From Chitinophaga pinensis (GTDB lineage Bacteria > Pseudomonadota > Gammaproteobacteria > Burkholderiales > Burkholderiaceae_C), in NCBI GenBank assembly GCA_943370595.1, contig CALRRO020000007.1:38389-102388 (forward strand): a stretch of DNA of 64,000 nucleotides, written 5' to 3'. Each line of letters opens with the position of its first letter. The stretch's first letter is position 1. Below are positions 9,273 to 19,238 of the stretch, piece by piece. Below the pieces are notes generated by a model, which had not been told where the DNA came from, made no database searches, and was given only the letters and a program-made list of their open reading frames with translations. The position numbers and the translations under genes are program-made.

Positions 9273-10370
9273 TCAGGCCGTGCCGCCGTGCTCGTTGATG
9301 AAGCGGCGGTCGATGTGGTCCTTCCAGCGCCACACCCAGCCGCCCTGGGCCGACCAGCCGCCCCAACTGGCGATCGCGTGGCGCTCGCCGCAGGCCAGCA
9401 GGTTGAGCGCACGAGGCTGCGGCGCCCAGGCCTCGAGCTGGCCGCCGGCCAGGAAGCGGCGCAGGTTCAGTGCCAGCGGCGCACCGGCGCGCACGGCGTA
9501 GACGCCGCTGCGCGGGTGAACCGCATCCTGGCGCGCCGACACGTCGCCCGCCGCGAACACCTCGGCGTGCGAGGTGCTTTGCAGCGTCGGCCCGGTGGCG
9601 ACAAAGCCTTGCGCGTCGAGTGCCAGGCCGCTGGCGCGCAGCCAGGCCGGCGCGACCGCCGGCAGCGCCATCACCGCCGCATCGCAGGCCACCCGCGTGC
9701 CGCGCCCGAGCACCACGTGGGTGGCGTTGATCTCGGCGCAGACATCCTCCAGCACCGTGACCTTGCGGCGCTTCAGCGCGTCCAGCGCGCGGCGCTGCAC
9801 GGCCGGCGGGTGGCTGGGCAGCGGCGGCGAACCGCCGGTGACGAGGCTCACCCGCGAGCGGTCGCCGAGCCGGTGGTGCATGGCCAGCGCCAGCTCGACG
9901 CCGGCCGCACCGCCGCCGACCACCACCACGCACAGCGGCTTCGCCTCGGCGAGTTCCAGCATGCGGTCCCACAACTGCACGAAGCCCTCGATCGGGCGCA
10001 CGAACAGGCCGTGCTCACGCGCCCCGGCGACGGCGTCGCGGTCCTGCGTCGCGCCGACGTCGAGGCTGAGCACGTCGTAGGGCAGCGTGCGGCCGTCGGC
10101 CAGCGTGACCGTGCGGGCCGCGGCGTCGATCGCGGTGGCGCTGGCCTGCAGCACGCGCACGCAGGCACGTTCGGCCATCGGCCGCAGCGGCACGACGCAC
10201 TGCTGGCGCGTGTAGTGGCCGGCGACGACGCCCGGCACCATGCCCGAGTAGGTGAGCTCCGGCCAGGGCGTGACCAGCGTAACCTCGGCGCCGGGCAGCG
10301 CCTCGCTGGCGAACGCACGCATCACCTGCAGGTGCGCATGCCCCCCGCCGAGGAGTAGCAGCTTCTTCAT
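9273..10370 (-). CDS. FAD-dependent pyridine nucleotide-disulfide oxidoreductase (TIGR03169-like, the domain often N-terminal to SelD)
   Basis: LLLGGGHAH, YSGMVPG.VAGHY, GGGAAGVE, FAAGD, GVYAVRAG; no SelD domain. Confidence 0.85.
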   Translation of the reverse strand: MKKLLLLGGGHAHLQVMRAFASEALPGAEVTLVTPWPELTYSGMVPGVVAGHYTRQQCVVPLRPMAERACVRVLQASATAIDAAARTVTLADGRTLPYDVLSLDVGATQDRDAVAGAREHGLFVRPIEGFVQLWDRMLELAEAKPLCVVVVGGGAAGVELALAMHHRLGDRSRVSLVTGGSPPLPSHPPAVQRRALDALKRRKVTVLEDVCAEINATHVVLGRGTRVACDAAVMALPAVAPAWLRASGLALDAQGFVATGPTLQSTSHAEVFAAGDVSARQDAVHPRSGVYAVRAGAPLALNLRRFLAGGQLEAWAPQPRALNLLACGERHAIASWGGWSAQGGWVWRWKDHIDRRFINEHGGTA

Positions 10371-11107
10371 CGATCGAGCGACAGGTCGGCGACGAAGGCG
10401 AGGCTGTGGCCGCGGGTGTTGTCGGCATCCGCACCGAAGGCCACGGCCGACACCGGCGGCGCCTGCGTCGCCTCGTCGGCGAACAGGCGCAGGAAGTCGG
10501 CCGCCACGTCGCGGCGCTCGTCACGCCACCCGCCCTGCCCGTCGTCGCCCGAGCGCAGCACGAGGTAACGCACGCGCCGGCTGTAAGGGTTGGGCAGCAC
10601 GGTGCCGGCAGCGAGCTGGCGGTCCCAGACGTAGCAGACGGTGGCCGCGGGCAGTGCCTCGCCGGTCTTCGAGCGGGCCAGCCGCAGCAGTTGACGCTCG
10701 ACGAAGGGAACCTGCGACATCGGCAGGTCGAAGAAGACGCAGACCTTGACCGCGTTGTCGTCGCCCTCCTTGCGGCTGAGGTCGGACTGCTCGACGAAAC
10801 GCTCGACACGCCACGACCACGACAGCGTCAGCCCGGGTGCAGCGGCCTGCAGCGCATGCACCCGATTGCCGTAGGCGCCGTCGGACTCGATGCGCACGGC
10901 ACGGCGGCCCTCGACCGTCTGGACGGTGTAGCGCGTGGCCGGGAGCTGCTGCTGCGGCAGCCTCGCGTCGCGCCACGCCGCTGCGATGCTGCCGTCGCCC
11001 GCGACCAGCGGCTGCAGCAGCTGCGCCAGCGCAGGCAGGGGCAGCAGGGCTGCGATCGAAGCGGCGATCGCTGCGATCACCCGCATGGCACCTCGCGGCG
11101 CCGTCAT
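10367..11107 (-). CDS. DUF3047 periplasmic protein
   Basis: Signal peptide; LSWSWRV...DLS.K.GDD; CYVWD; DADNT. Confidence 0.85.
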   Translation of the reverse strand: MTAPRGAMRVIAAIAASIAALLPLPALAQLLQPLVAGDGSIAAAWRDARLPQQQLPATRYTVQTVEGRRAVRIESDGAYGNRVHALQAAAPGLTLSWSWRVERFVEQSDLSRKEGDDNAVKVCVFFDLPMSQVPFVERQLLRLARSKTGEALPAATVCYVWDRQLAAGTVLPNPYSRRVRYLVLRSGDDGQGGWRDERRDVAADFLRLFADEATQAPPVSAVAFGADADNTRGHSLAFVADLSLDR

Positions 11108-13254
11108 CCGCGCCTCCAGGCGTGGTACTTCGCAACCCACTCGAGCAGTTTCGCCGGCTGGTGGTTGCGCTTCCATTCGCCGGCCGCGTACTTGTTGGCC
11201 TCGCTCATCGTCGGGTAGGTGTGGATGGTGCCGAGGATCTTGTTCAAGCCCAGGCCGTGACGCATCGCGAGCACGTACTCGGCGAGCAGGTCGCCGGCAT
11301 GCGCGCCGACGATGGTGACGCCGAGGATGCGGTCCTTGCCCGGCACGGTGAGCACCTTCACGAAACCGTGGGCGGCGCTGTCGGCGATGGCGCGGTCGAG
11401 GTCGTCGATGCCGTAGCGCGTCACCTCGTAGGCGATGCCCTTCTCCTTCGCGTCCTGCTCGTTGAGGCCGACGCGCGCGACTTCCGGGTCGACGAAGGTC
11501 GCCCAGGGGATCACCGAGTAGTCGGCCTTGAACTTGCGGAAGGTGCCGAACAGTGCATTGACCGAGGCGTACCAGGCCTGGTGCGCGCCGACGTGGGTGA
11601 ACTGGTAGGGCCCGGCCACGTCGCCGGCGGCGAGGATGTTCGGGTACAGCGTTTCGAGGTACTCGTTGGTCTCGATGGTGCGGCCGGTGGGGATGCCGAG
11701 TTCTTCCAGCCCGAAGCCCTTCAGCCGCGCGACGCGGCCGACGGCGCACAGCAGCCGGTCGAACTCGATGCGCTGCTCGGCGCCGGCATGCTCGACGACG
11801 ATGAAGCGTCGTTCCCCGTCCCGTTCGCAGCGCAGCGCCTTGTGCCCGGTCAGCACGCGCACGCCGTCGTGTTCCAGGGCAGTCTTCGCCAGCGCAGAGA
11901 CCTCCTCGTCCTCGCGGATCATGATGCGCGGCGCCATCTCGATCTGCGTGACCTGCGAGCCCAGCCGGGCGAAGCTCTGCGCCAGTTCGCAGCCGATCGG
12001 CCCGCCGCCCAGCACCACCAGCCGCGCCGGCAGCTCGCGCAGGCCCCACAGCGTGTCGCTGGTCAGGTAGCCGACGTCCTGCAGCCCCGGCAGCGGCGGC
12101 ACGAAGGGCTCGGCGCCGGTGGCCACGACGATGCTGCGCGTCGTCAGCGTCTGCGTCGTGCCGTCGTGGCGCACGATCTCGACGGTCCAGGGGTCGAGGA
12201 TCTTCGCGCTGCCCTCGACGATGTCCACGCCCAGGCCGGTGTAGCGCTCGACCGAGTCGTGCGGCTCGATGTCGCGCACCACCTGGGCCACACGCTCCAT
12301 CACCTGCGCGAAGTCCACCGTCGCCGTGGCGCTGGCGATGCCGTACTTCGTCGACTCGCGCATCTGCTGCAGCAGCGTCGCGGTCTTGATCAGCGCCTTG
12401 CTCGGCACGCAGCCGTAGTTCAGGCAGTCGCCGCCCATCTTGTGGCGCTCGACCAGGGTCACCTTCGCCTTGACGACCGCGGCGATGTAGCTGGTCACCA
12501 GCCCGGCCGCGCCGGCGCCGATGACGACCAGGTTGCGGTCGAAGGTCTTCGGCTTGCGATGCGCCCAGCGCGCGTAGACCTGGCGCGCCTTCACCGCGTC
12601 GACGATCTTCTTGGCCACCAGCGGGAACAGCCCGAGCAGCACGAAGGAGCCGAGCAGCCCCGGCGACAGGATGCCCTGCAGCGAGTCGAGCTTCGCCAGC
12701 TGCGTGCCGGCGTTCACGTAGACCACGGTGCCGGCCAGCATGCCGAGCTGGCTGACCCAGTAGAAGGTGCGCGCCTTCATCGCCGTCAGCCCCATCAGCA
12801 GGTTGATGACGAAGAACGGGAACAGCGGCACCAGGCGCAGCGTGAACAGGTAGAAACCGCCCTCGCGCGCGATGCCGCGGTCGATGTCGGCCAGCCTGGC
12901 GCCGAAGCGCGACTTCACGCTGTCGCGCAGCACGTAGCGCGAGGCAAGGAAGGCCAGCGTCGCGCCGAGGCTCGAGGCGAAGGACACGACCACCGTGCCC
13001 ACCAGCAGCCCGAAGATCGCGCCGCCGGCCAGCGTCAGGATCACAGCACCGGGCAGCGACAGCGCGGTCACCGCCACGTAGATGGCGAAGAAGGCGGCGA
13101 TCACCAGCGCCGGGCGGGTCTCGTACAGCGCCGCCAGCTCGCCCTGGCGCTGCTTGATCGCGTCCAGGCTGAGGAAGCGCCCGAGGTCGAAGGCGAAGAA
13201 CAGCGCGATCAGCACCAGCAGCCCGAGCACGATCATCCACTGACGGCGGTTCAT
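11104..13254 (-). CDS. DedA/TVP38 membrane domain fused to class-I pyridine nucleotide-disulfide reductase
   Basis: N-terminal SLPGA..LTLAGG / LRLVPLFPF.N; GAGAAG, GGDCLNYGCVPSK, GGGPIG.E, HTYPTMSE. Confidence 0.92.
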   Translation of the reverse strand: MNRRQWMIVLGLLVLIALFFAFDLGRFLSLDAIKQRQGELAALYETRPALVIAAFFAIYVAVTALSLPGAVILTLAGGAIFGLLVGTVVVSFASSLGATLAFLASRYVLRDSVKSRFGARLADIDRGIAREGGFYLFTLRLVPLFPFFVINLLMGLTAMKARTFYWVSQLGMLAGTVVYVNAGTQLAKLDSLQGILSPGLLGSFVLLGLFPLVAKKIVDAVKARQVYARWAHRKPKTFDRNLVVIGAGAAGLVTSYIAAVVKAKVTLVERHKMGGDCLNYGCVPSKALIKTATLLQQMRESTKYGIASATATVDFAQVMERVAQVVRDIEPHDSVERYTGLGVDIVEGSAKILDPWTVEIVRHDGTTQTLTTRSIVVATGAEPFVPPLPGLQDVGYLTSDTLWGLRELPARLVVLGGGPIGCELAQSFARLGSQVTQIEMAPRIMIREDEEVSALAKTALEHDGVRVLTGHKALRCERDGERRFIVVEHAGAEQRIEFDRLLCAVGRVARLKGFGLEELGIPTGRTIETNEYLETLYPNILAAGDVAGPYQFTHVGAHQAWYASVNALFGTFRKFKADYSVIPWATFVDPEVARVGLNEQDAKEKGIAYEVTRYGIDDLDRAIADSAAHGFVKVLTVPGKDRILGVTIVGAHAGDLLAEYVLAMRHGLGLNKILGTIHTYPTMSEANKYAAGEWKRNHQPAKLLEWVAKYHAWRRG

Positions 13255-13901
13255 GGGTTTTCCTCGGTCGGTTCGGCAGGCTCTTCGAGCCGGATCAGCG
13301 TTGCGCCCGGCGGCACGTCGTGCGCATCATGCGTCACCAGCACGGCGGGCACCTGTTGCTCGCGCAGTCGCTCGAAGACGAAGCTGCGGAAGCGCTGGCG
13401 CAGCGCCATGTCCAGGCGCGAGAAGGGCTCGTCGAGCAGCAGCGCCTGCGGCCGCGCCAGCAGCGCGCGCAGCACCGACACGCGGGCGCGCTGCCCGCCC
13501 GACAGCGTGTGCGGCCAGCGTGGGCCGTAGCCGGCCAGGTCGGCGCTGGCCAGCGCCGCATCGGCCTCGGCGCGCCGCTGCGCCATCGGCCCGGCCGGCA
13601 GCGCGAAGAGCAGGTTCTCGAGCACCGTCAGGTGCGGGAACAGCAGGTCGTCCTGGAACAGGATGCCGATGCGGCGCTGCGCAGTGGGCAGCGTGGTGAC
13701 CTCGCGCCCGTCGAGGCGCACCTGCCCGCTGGCATTCAGCCCCGGCGCCAGCGTGCCGCACAGGTAGGCCAGCAGCGAGGACTTGCCCGAGCCGCTCTCG
13801 CCCATCACCACCAGCACCTCGCCCGCACCGACACGCGCCGACAGACCGTCGATCAGCGTGCGCTGCGCGGTGGCGATGCGGATGCCGTCCAGCTCGAGCA
13901 T
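13251..13901 (-). CDS. ABC transporter ATP-binding protein (YnjD-like)
   Basis: GESGSGKS, LSGGQ, LLLDEPF. Confidence 0.92.
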   Translation of the reverse strand: MLELDGIRIATAQRTLIDGLSARVGAGEVLVVMGESGSGKSSLLAYLCGTLAPGLNASGQVRLDGREVTTLPTAQRRIGILFQDDLLFPHLTVLENLLFALPAGPMAQRRAEADAALASADLAGYGPRWPHTLSGGQRARVSVLRALLARPQALLLDEPFSRLDMALRQRFRSFVFERLREQQVPAVLVTHDAHDVPPGATLIRLEEPAEPTEENP

Positions 13902-15547
13902 CAGGCGATCTCCAGCCCCAGCCGGCGCGACTGCCGCCGGCCCAGCCACCAGGCCGCGCCGAAGGCCAGGCCGGGCAGCAGCGCCTGCAGCAGCGCATAG
14001 GCGGCCAGCAGCGTGCGCTGGCCGCCGGAAGCGAGCGTCAGCGCCTCGGTGGTGACGGTGGCATGCCGGCCGGCGCCGACGAACTGCGTGCTCAGGTACT
14101 GCGCGACGCTGACCGCGAAACCGACCGCCAGCGCCGACGCCACCGGCGCCAGCAGCATCGGCCACTTGATGCGCCACAGGAAGGCAGCGCGCGAGCGGCC
14201 GAGCGCGCGCGCCGTCTGCTCGTAGCGTGCATCGAAGCCGCGGTAGGCCGGCGCCAGCGCGACCAGCGCATAGGGCGCCGTGAAGAGGCTGTGCGCCAGC
14301 CACAGGCCGGCGAGGCTGCCGTCCAGCCGCAGGTGCAACATCAGCTGATAGAGGCCCGCGACCAGCAGCACGCCGGGCACCAGCATGGTCGCGAAGACCA
14401 GCGGCGCGGCGCGGCGGTCCCAGCTGGCCGGTGTGGTCTCCATCCAGGCGACGGCCAGCAGCACGCCGGTGACCGACGACGCCAGCGCGAGGCCGGCAGT
14501 GTTCACGAGCACCGGCAGGCTGCCGGCCACCATCTGCCAGGCCTCGACCGAGACGCGCTGCGGCCACAACGACGGAAAGCTCCACACGCTGGCCACCGAC
14601 ACGAAGGCCAGCAGCGCCAGCACTGCGCCGTAGACGCCGCCGAGTGCAGCGAGCAGCGGCATCACGGCACGTGACGCGCCCGCGCCACCCGGCCGATCGC
14701 CACGCAGCTGCCGCCCGCGCAGCAGCGGCCGCAGCAGGCGCAGCGCGGCCATCGCGAGCAGCGCACCCGCCACGACCACCAGTGCGACCAGCAGCGCCGC
14801 CGCCGCACCCTGCGCATTGCTGGCCGGATCGGCATCGAGCAGCCCCACCCAGGCCAGCTGCGCCAGCGTCGGCGGCTGCGTCGGGCCGAGCACCAGGGCC
14901 ATATCGACCACGCTGGCACCATAGGCCCACACCGCCAGCAGCGGCAGCGCCAGCCGCGGCAGCAACTGCGGCCACAGCACCCGCCACCACACGCTGGCCG
15001 GCGAGTAGCCCATCGCCTGTGCGGCCTGCAACTGCAGGCGCAATTGCGCCGCCTGCGCCACCGGGCGCAGCAGCGCCGCGATGCTCCACAGCAGGAAGGG
15101 CAGCTCCTTGCAGACCAGGCCGGCGATCAGCGCCAGGCCGAGCGGGTCGTGCACGGTCGAGAGGTCCGGCGGCGACGTCCAGCCCGCCAGCGGCGCGGCC
15201 AGGCGCAGCAGCAGGCCGCTGGGCATGACCAGCAGCGCGAAGCCGACCGCGAAGGCCGCATGCGGCACCGCGAGCAACGCGCCGAGCGTGCGCTCCAGCC
15301 GCGTCCACAGCGGTGTGCCGTGCAGGTGGGTGACGATCAGCAGCGCCAGGGCGAGCGACAGCGCCGTCGATGCCGCGCCGACCCAGACCGACAGCGCGAG
15401 CGCCGGGGCCAGCGCAGGGTCGGAGACAAGGCGAACCCACGCCGACGCATCGGCCGCGCCCTGCAGCGCCAGTCCCAGCGCGGCGAGCAGCGGCAGCGCG
15501 AACAGCCCGGCCGGCCAGCACCAGGCGAGGCCGGTGCGCTGCGTCAC
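13901..15547 (-). CDS. ABC transporter permease (YnjC-like)
   Basis: Polytopic, duplicated halves; PHAAFAVGF, KELPFLL; GTG start overlaps upstream stop. Confidence 0.85.
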   Translation of the reverse strand: MTQRTGLAWCWPAGLFALPLLAALGLALQGAADASAWVRLVSDPALAPALALSVWVGAASTALSLALALLIVTHLHGTPLWTRLERTLGALLAVPHAAFAVGFALLVMPSGLLLRLAAPLAGWTSPPDLSTVHDPLGLALIAGLVCKELPFLLWSIAALLRPVAQAAQLRLQLQAAQAMGYSPASVWWRVLWPQLLPRLALPLLAVWAYGASVVDMALVLGPTQPPTLAQLAWVGLLDADPASNAQGAAAALLVALVVVAGALLAMAALRLLRPLLRGRQLRGDRPGGAGASRAVMPLLAALGGVYGAVLALLAFVSVASVWSFPSLWPQRVSVEAWQMVAGSLPVLVNTAGLALASSVTGVLLAVAWMETTPASWDRRAAPLVFATMLVPGVLLVAGLYQLMLHLRLDGSLAGLWLAHSLFTAPYALVALAPAYRGFDARYEQTARALGRSRAAFLWRIKWPMLLAPVASALAVGFAVSVAQYLSTQFVGAGRHATVTTEALTLASGGQRTLLAAYALLQALLPGLAFGAAWWLGRRQSRRLGLEIA

Positions 15548-16743
15548 TGGCCGTGGCGGCGCGCCCATTCGCGCTCGATCACCTCGACCCAGCTCGCATG
15601 CGGCTCGGGCAGCACCGGCGCGCCCTGCGTCACGGCACCGGGCGCGCTGCCCTGCGCGAACAGCGCCTTGTCGGCGGCGGCGAGCTTGTCGATGGCCAGC
15701 ACCGTCGGGTCGCCCCAGTGTCGGATGTCGGCCTTGCGCGACTGCGCCAGTGGCGACTGCAGGAAGTTGATCACCACCTGCGCGCCCTCCTTCGCCCGCG
15801 CGTTGAACGGGATGGCCAGGAAGTGCGTGTTGCCGATGGTGCCGCCAGCGTGCTGCCAGCTGACCACCGACTCGGGCAGGCGCTTCGCGGCGATCTCGTT
15901 GGCCGCCTCGTTGGGGTTGAAGGTCAGCGTGATGAAGAGTTCACCGTCGGCCAGCATCTGCCGCATCACCGCGTTGCTGGCCGGGAACTGCTTGCCCTGC
16001 CGCCACAGCAGCGGGTGCAGTGCATCCAGCGTGCGCCACAGCGGCGCGAGCAGCGCGGCGGCATCGGCCGGCGCCGGCTTGTAGAACGGCTGTCGGTCGG
16101 CCGCCGTCTCCAGCAGCACCTGCTTCAGGAAGGTGGTGCCGTGGAAGTTGGGCGGCTTCGGGTAGCTGAAGCGGCCGGGGTTCTTCTTCGCGAACTCGAT
16201 CAGCTCGGCCAGGTTCTTCGGTGGCTGCGGCACCCGCTTGCTGTCGCCGTAGAAGGTGAACTGCGCCATGCCCCAGGCCGCCTCGTAGCCCTCGACCGGC
16301 TCGGAGAAGTCGATGCGCGTGGTCGGCTTGCCGACGACGTCGATCAGCGCGAAGTTCGGCAGCGCCTCGGCGAAGGGGCCGTGCAGCAGGCCCTCGCGCT
16401 TCATCGCGAGGAAGTTCTCGCCGTTGATCCAGCCCATGTCGGCGCTGCCGTCGCTGCTGCGGCCGGCGGCCTTCTCGGCGCGCACGCGCTTGACCAGTTC
16501 GGCGGTGTCGCCGAGCTTGACGTGTTCGAGCTTGATACCGTGGCGCGTGGCCACCTCGCCGGCCACCCACTGCAGGTAGGCGTTGACCCGTTCGCTGCCG
16601 CCCCAGGCGTTGAAGTAGACCGTCTGGCCGCGCGCAGCGCGCTCGATGCGCTCCCAGGCCGCGGGGTCGGCAGCGCGCGCCGCCGGCAGCCAGGGGGCCA
16701 GCGAGGCGGCGGCAATCAGGTGGCGGCGGGACAGCAGGGTCAT
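15544..16743 (-). CDS. ABC transporter substrate-binding protein (YnjB-like), probable Tat substrate
   Basis: SRRHL signal; VYFNAWGGS, WINGENF, FNPNE, IGNTHFLAIPFN, WGDPTVL. Confidence 0.88.
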   Translation of the reverse strand: MTLLSRRHLIAAASLAPWLPAARAADPAAWERIERAARGQTVYFNAWGGSERVNAYLQWVAGEVATRHGIKLEHVKLGDTAELVKRVRAEKAAGRSSDGSADMGWINGENFLAMKREGLLHGPFAEALPNFALIDVVGKPTTRIDFSEPVEGYEAAWGMAQFTFYGDSKRVPQPPKNLAELIEFAKKNPGRFSYPKPPNFHGTTFLKQVLLETAADRQPFYKPAPADAAALLAPLWRTLDALHPLLWRQGKQFPASNAVMRQMLADGELFITLTFNPNEAANEIAAKRLPESVVSWQHAGGTIGNTHFLAIPFNARAKEGAQVVINFLQSPLAQSRKADIRHWGDPTVLAIDKLAAADKALFAQGSAPGAVTQGAPVLPEPHASWVEVIEREWARRHGQ

Positions 16744-16805
16744 CGACGGTTTCCGTTCAGCGCACAGGCGCGCCGCAGTGTATCGGCAGGCCTGTGCAGG
16801 GTCGT

Positions 16806-17291
16806 TCAGGCGCGGCCGAGCAGCCGTTGCCGCAGTGCGGGCACCGCCCAGCGGTCCAGCGACCAGCGCCCCGGCCCCCACAGCAGCAGCGCAGCGAGCA
16901 GGCTGCCCCAGAACACATGGCCCTGCAGCGCCGGCTCGCTGATCTCGGCCAGGCTGATCACCGCGACGAGGTTGACCACCGACAGGCCGGCGGCAGCGAA
17001 GCGGCCGGCCAGCCCGAGCACGAGCAACACCGGCAGCACCAGTTCACCGGCGGTGCCGGCCACCGCCGCGACCATCGGGTCCAGCAACGGCACCTGGTAT
17101 TCGTCGGTGAACAGCGCGACCGTGGTGTCGAAGTCGCGCAGCTTGGTCAGCCCGGAGCGGAAGAACACCAGCGCCACGTAGACGCGTGCGAGCAGCTGCC
17201 CGGCCGGCTGCAGGTGCTCGAGCGCGGCGATGCTTCGTTCGCCGAAGGACCAGAGGCGGGCCAGCGGCCCGGTCGAGGTGGCAGGGTTCAT
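16806..17291 (-). CDS. DoxX family membrane protein (BufD-like)
   Basis: LLAR.Y...VFF.SG..K; ELVLPVLLVLGL.GR.AA; GPGRWSLD. Confidence 0.9.
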   Translation of the reverse strand: MNPATSTGPLARLWSFGERSIAALEHLQPAGQLLARVYVALVFFRSGLTKLRDFDTTVALFTDEYQVPLLDPMVAAVAGTAGELVLPVLLVLGLAGRFAAAGLSVVNLVAVISLAEISEPALQGHVFWGSLLAALLLWGPGRWSLDRWAVPALRQRLLGRA

Positions 17292-18097
17292 GAGCGTCGT
17301 TCAGTGAAGTGAGATGACACTCGGTCGTGCGGCGGCCGCACAGCTTTCAGCCAGCCTTGCGTGACCGCGCGGGTGAGCCAGGCGGCGAAGTCGAAGTCCG
17401 GTCCGGGGCAGGCGAGCGCCTCGGCCAGCGAGGCACCATCGAAGAGCACGCACATGAAGATCGCCTCGCCGGCGGACAGCCGGTGCACCTGCACACGCCA
17501 GCCGGCCCGGGCCACGCACACTGCCTCGCCGCGCCGCTCGGCCAGCGCCGCGCGCACCGGCGCGAACGGGTCCGGGCCGCCGGCGTGGTGCGCGGTGTAC
17601 AGGGTGGCGATCGGCCAGTCCGACTGCAGCACCGCCAGGCCGGGCATCGGTTCCAGCACGAGCGCGGCCGGGTCGGCCTCGGCCAGCAGCGCCAGCGAAG
17701 CAGCGTCGAACTCCGCGTCGGCGGCACGTTCGGCGTCGTACCTCGCCCGGTCGAGCCGCGCCGCATCGGCCAGCCAGGGCCATTCGGCGAGATCGGGTTG
17801 TGCCTCGATGAAGGCCGGCAGCGCAGCCCCCCATTCGGCGACGTCACCGCGCGCTGGCGGATCGGCCGCCCACAGGTCACGCGCCAGCCGGGCAAAGTCC
17901 GCCTCGCCGAGCATGGCGGCCACCGTCGGCGCGGCCGCCTGCAGCGCCCGCTCGGCCAGGGCGCCGGCGTTGGCGCGGTAGGCGGCGAGGCCGCGCGCGA
18001 TGCGCGGCCCGGGCCCGCGCAGGCCGGAGGCTTCGCCGCGGCGAAGCAACGCGGCCAGCAACTGCGACTGGCGCTCGGCCTCGATCGCTTCGCTCAT
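17288..18097 (-). CDS. DUF2063 (HvfC/BufC-like) MNIO partner protein
   Basis: GLAAYRAN, WG..LPAFI, DAARLD; directly downstream of DUF692. Confidence 0.85.
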   Translation of the reverse strand: MSEAIEAERQSQLLAALLRRGEASGLRGPGPRIARGLAAYRANAGALAERALQAAAPTVAAMLGEADFARLARDLWAADPPARGDVAEWGAALPAFIEAQPDLAEWPWLADAARLDRARYDAERAADAEFDAASLALLAEADPAALVLEPMPGLAVLQSDWPIATLYTAHHAGGPDPFAPVRAALAERRGEAVCVARAGWRVQVHRLSAGEAIFMCVLFDGASLAEALACPGPDFDFAAWLTRAVTQGWLKAVRPPHDRVSSHFTERRS

Positions 18098-18963
18098 GGC
18101 TTCACCGCCTCGGCGATCTGCCGGGCACTCGCCGCTTCGTCGAGCAGCACCTCCAGCGGCGGCAGCGCCGTGTCCCACTCGATCAGCGTCGGCACCGGGC
18201 CGAAGCGCTCCACCGCATGGCGGTACAGCGCCCACACCGGCTCGCCGACGCGGCTGCCATGGTCGTCGATGACGATGTCGCCGCTGTCATCGTGGCCGGC
18301 GAGGTGGATCTCGGCGACCGTTGCCGCGTCGAGCGCCTCGACAAAACGGCAGCAATCGGCCAGCGGCTCGGCCGCACCAGCGTTGAGCGCATTGACCATC
18401 AGGTTGTTCAGGTCGAGCAGCAGCCTGCAGCCGCTGCGCCGCGCCAGCTCGGCAAGGAACTGTGCCTCGCCGAGGTGGTCGTCCTCGAAGTTCAGGTAAG
18501 CGGAGAGGTTTTCCACCGCGATCGGCCGGCGCAGCCGCTCCTGCACCTGCACGACATTGCGCACCAGGATGTCGAGCGACGCCTCGGTGAAGGCCAGCGG
18601 CAGCAGGTCGCTGCCGTGCAGCACCGTACCGCCCGCGGGCAGCGGCGTACGGGCAAAGCAGGCGTGGTCGGACACCAGCGCCGGCTCGACCCACCGCACC
18701 AGGCGCTCGAGCCGGTCGAGGTGCCAGGAGTCGACGCCCGCTGCCGAGCCGAGCGCCAGCCCGACGCCGTGCAGGCTGAGCGGATAGCGCTCGCGCAGCT
18801 CGTGCAGCACGGCCAGCGCCGCGCCGCCGTCGGCAAAGAAGTTCTCCGCGTGGACCTCGACGAAGCCCAGCGACGGCGACTCCTCGATCAGCGCCGCGTA
18901 GTGCGGCTGCCGCGCGCCGATGCCGACACTGGCGGCGGGAAGCAAGGCGCGCGGCATGGACAT
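18094..18963 (-). CDS. DUF692 multinuclear non-heme iron oxidase (MNIO, BufB-like)
   Basis: EVHAENF, SLHGVGL, VSDH, VENLS, LLDLNN, EIHLAGH, IDDH, IEWD. Confidence 0.93.
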   Translation of the reverse strand: MSMPRALLPAASVGIGARQPHYAALIEESPSLGFVEVHAENFFADGGAALAVLHELRERYPLSLHGVGLALGSAAGVDSWHLDRLERLVRWVEPALVSDHACFARTPLPAGGTVLHGSDLLPLAFTEASLDILVRNVVQVQERLRRPIAVENLSAYLNFEDDHLGEAQFLAELARRSGCRLLLDLNNLMVNALNAGAAEPLADCCRFVEALDAATVAEIHLAGHDDSGDIVIDDHGSRVGEPVWALYRHAVERFGPVPTLIEWDTALPPLEVLLDEAASARQIAEAVKP

Positions 18964-19238
18964 CACTTCTTCATGCCGCCCTTGGCTTCCTCGGCGGTCA
19001 TGCCCTTCATCTCCTTGCAGGTGCCCTTGGCGACGTACTTCCACTCGTCCGGGCCGTTGTCGACCTTCGACTGGCCGGCGCACGAATGCGTGCCTGACAG
19101 GTTGGCGCAGTCGTTCTGGCCGGCCTTGGCGATGCCGTAGCACTTCTCCTTGGCCTTGTCCTGCGCGGCAACCTGGCCGACGAGGCCGAGGGCGAGCACG
19201 GAAGCGAGGGCGGACGAGACGATGAGACGCTGGTTCAT
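18963..19238 (-). CDS. DUF2282 RiPP precursor (BufA1-like)
   Basis: Signal peptide + [14 protein letters not shown]...HSCAG...W.YV.KGTC (4 Cys). Confidence 0.93.
   Translation of the reverse strand: MNQRLIVSSALASVLALGLVGQVAAQDKAKEKCYGIAKAGQNDCANLSGTHSCAGQSKVDNGPDEWKYVAKGTCKEMKGMTAEEAKGGMKK

Noticed and set aside
11104-13254. Mercuric reductase MerA
   Set aside because: No C-terminal Cys-Cys, no HMA domain, no mer genes
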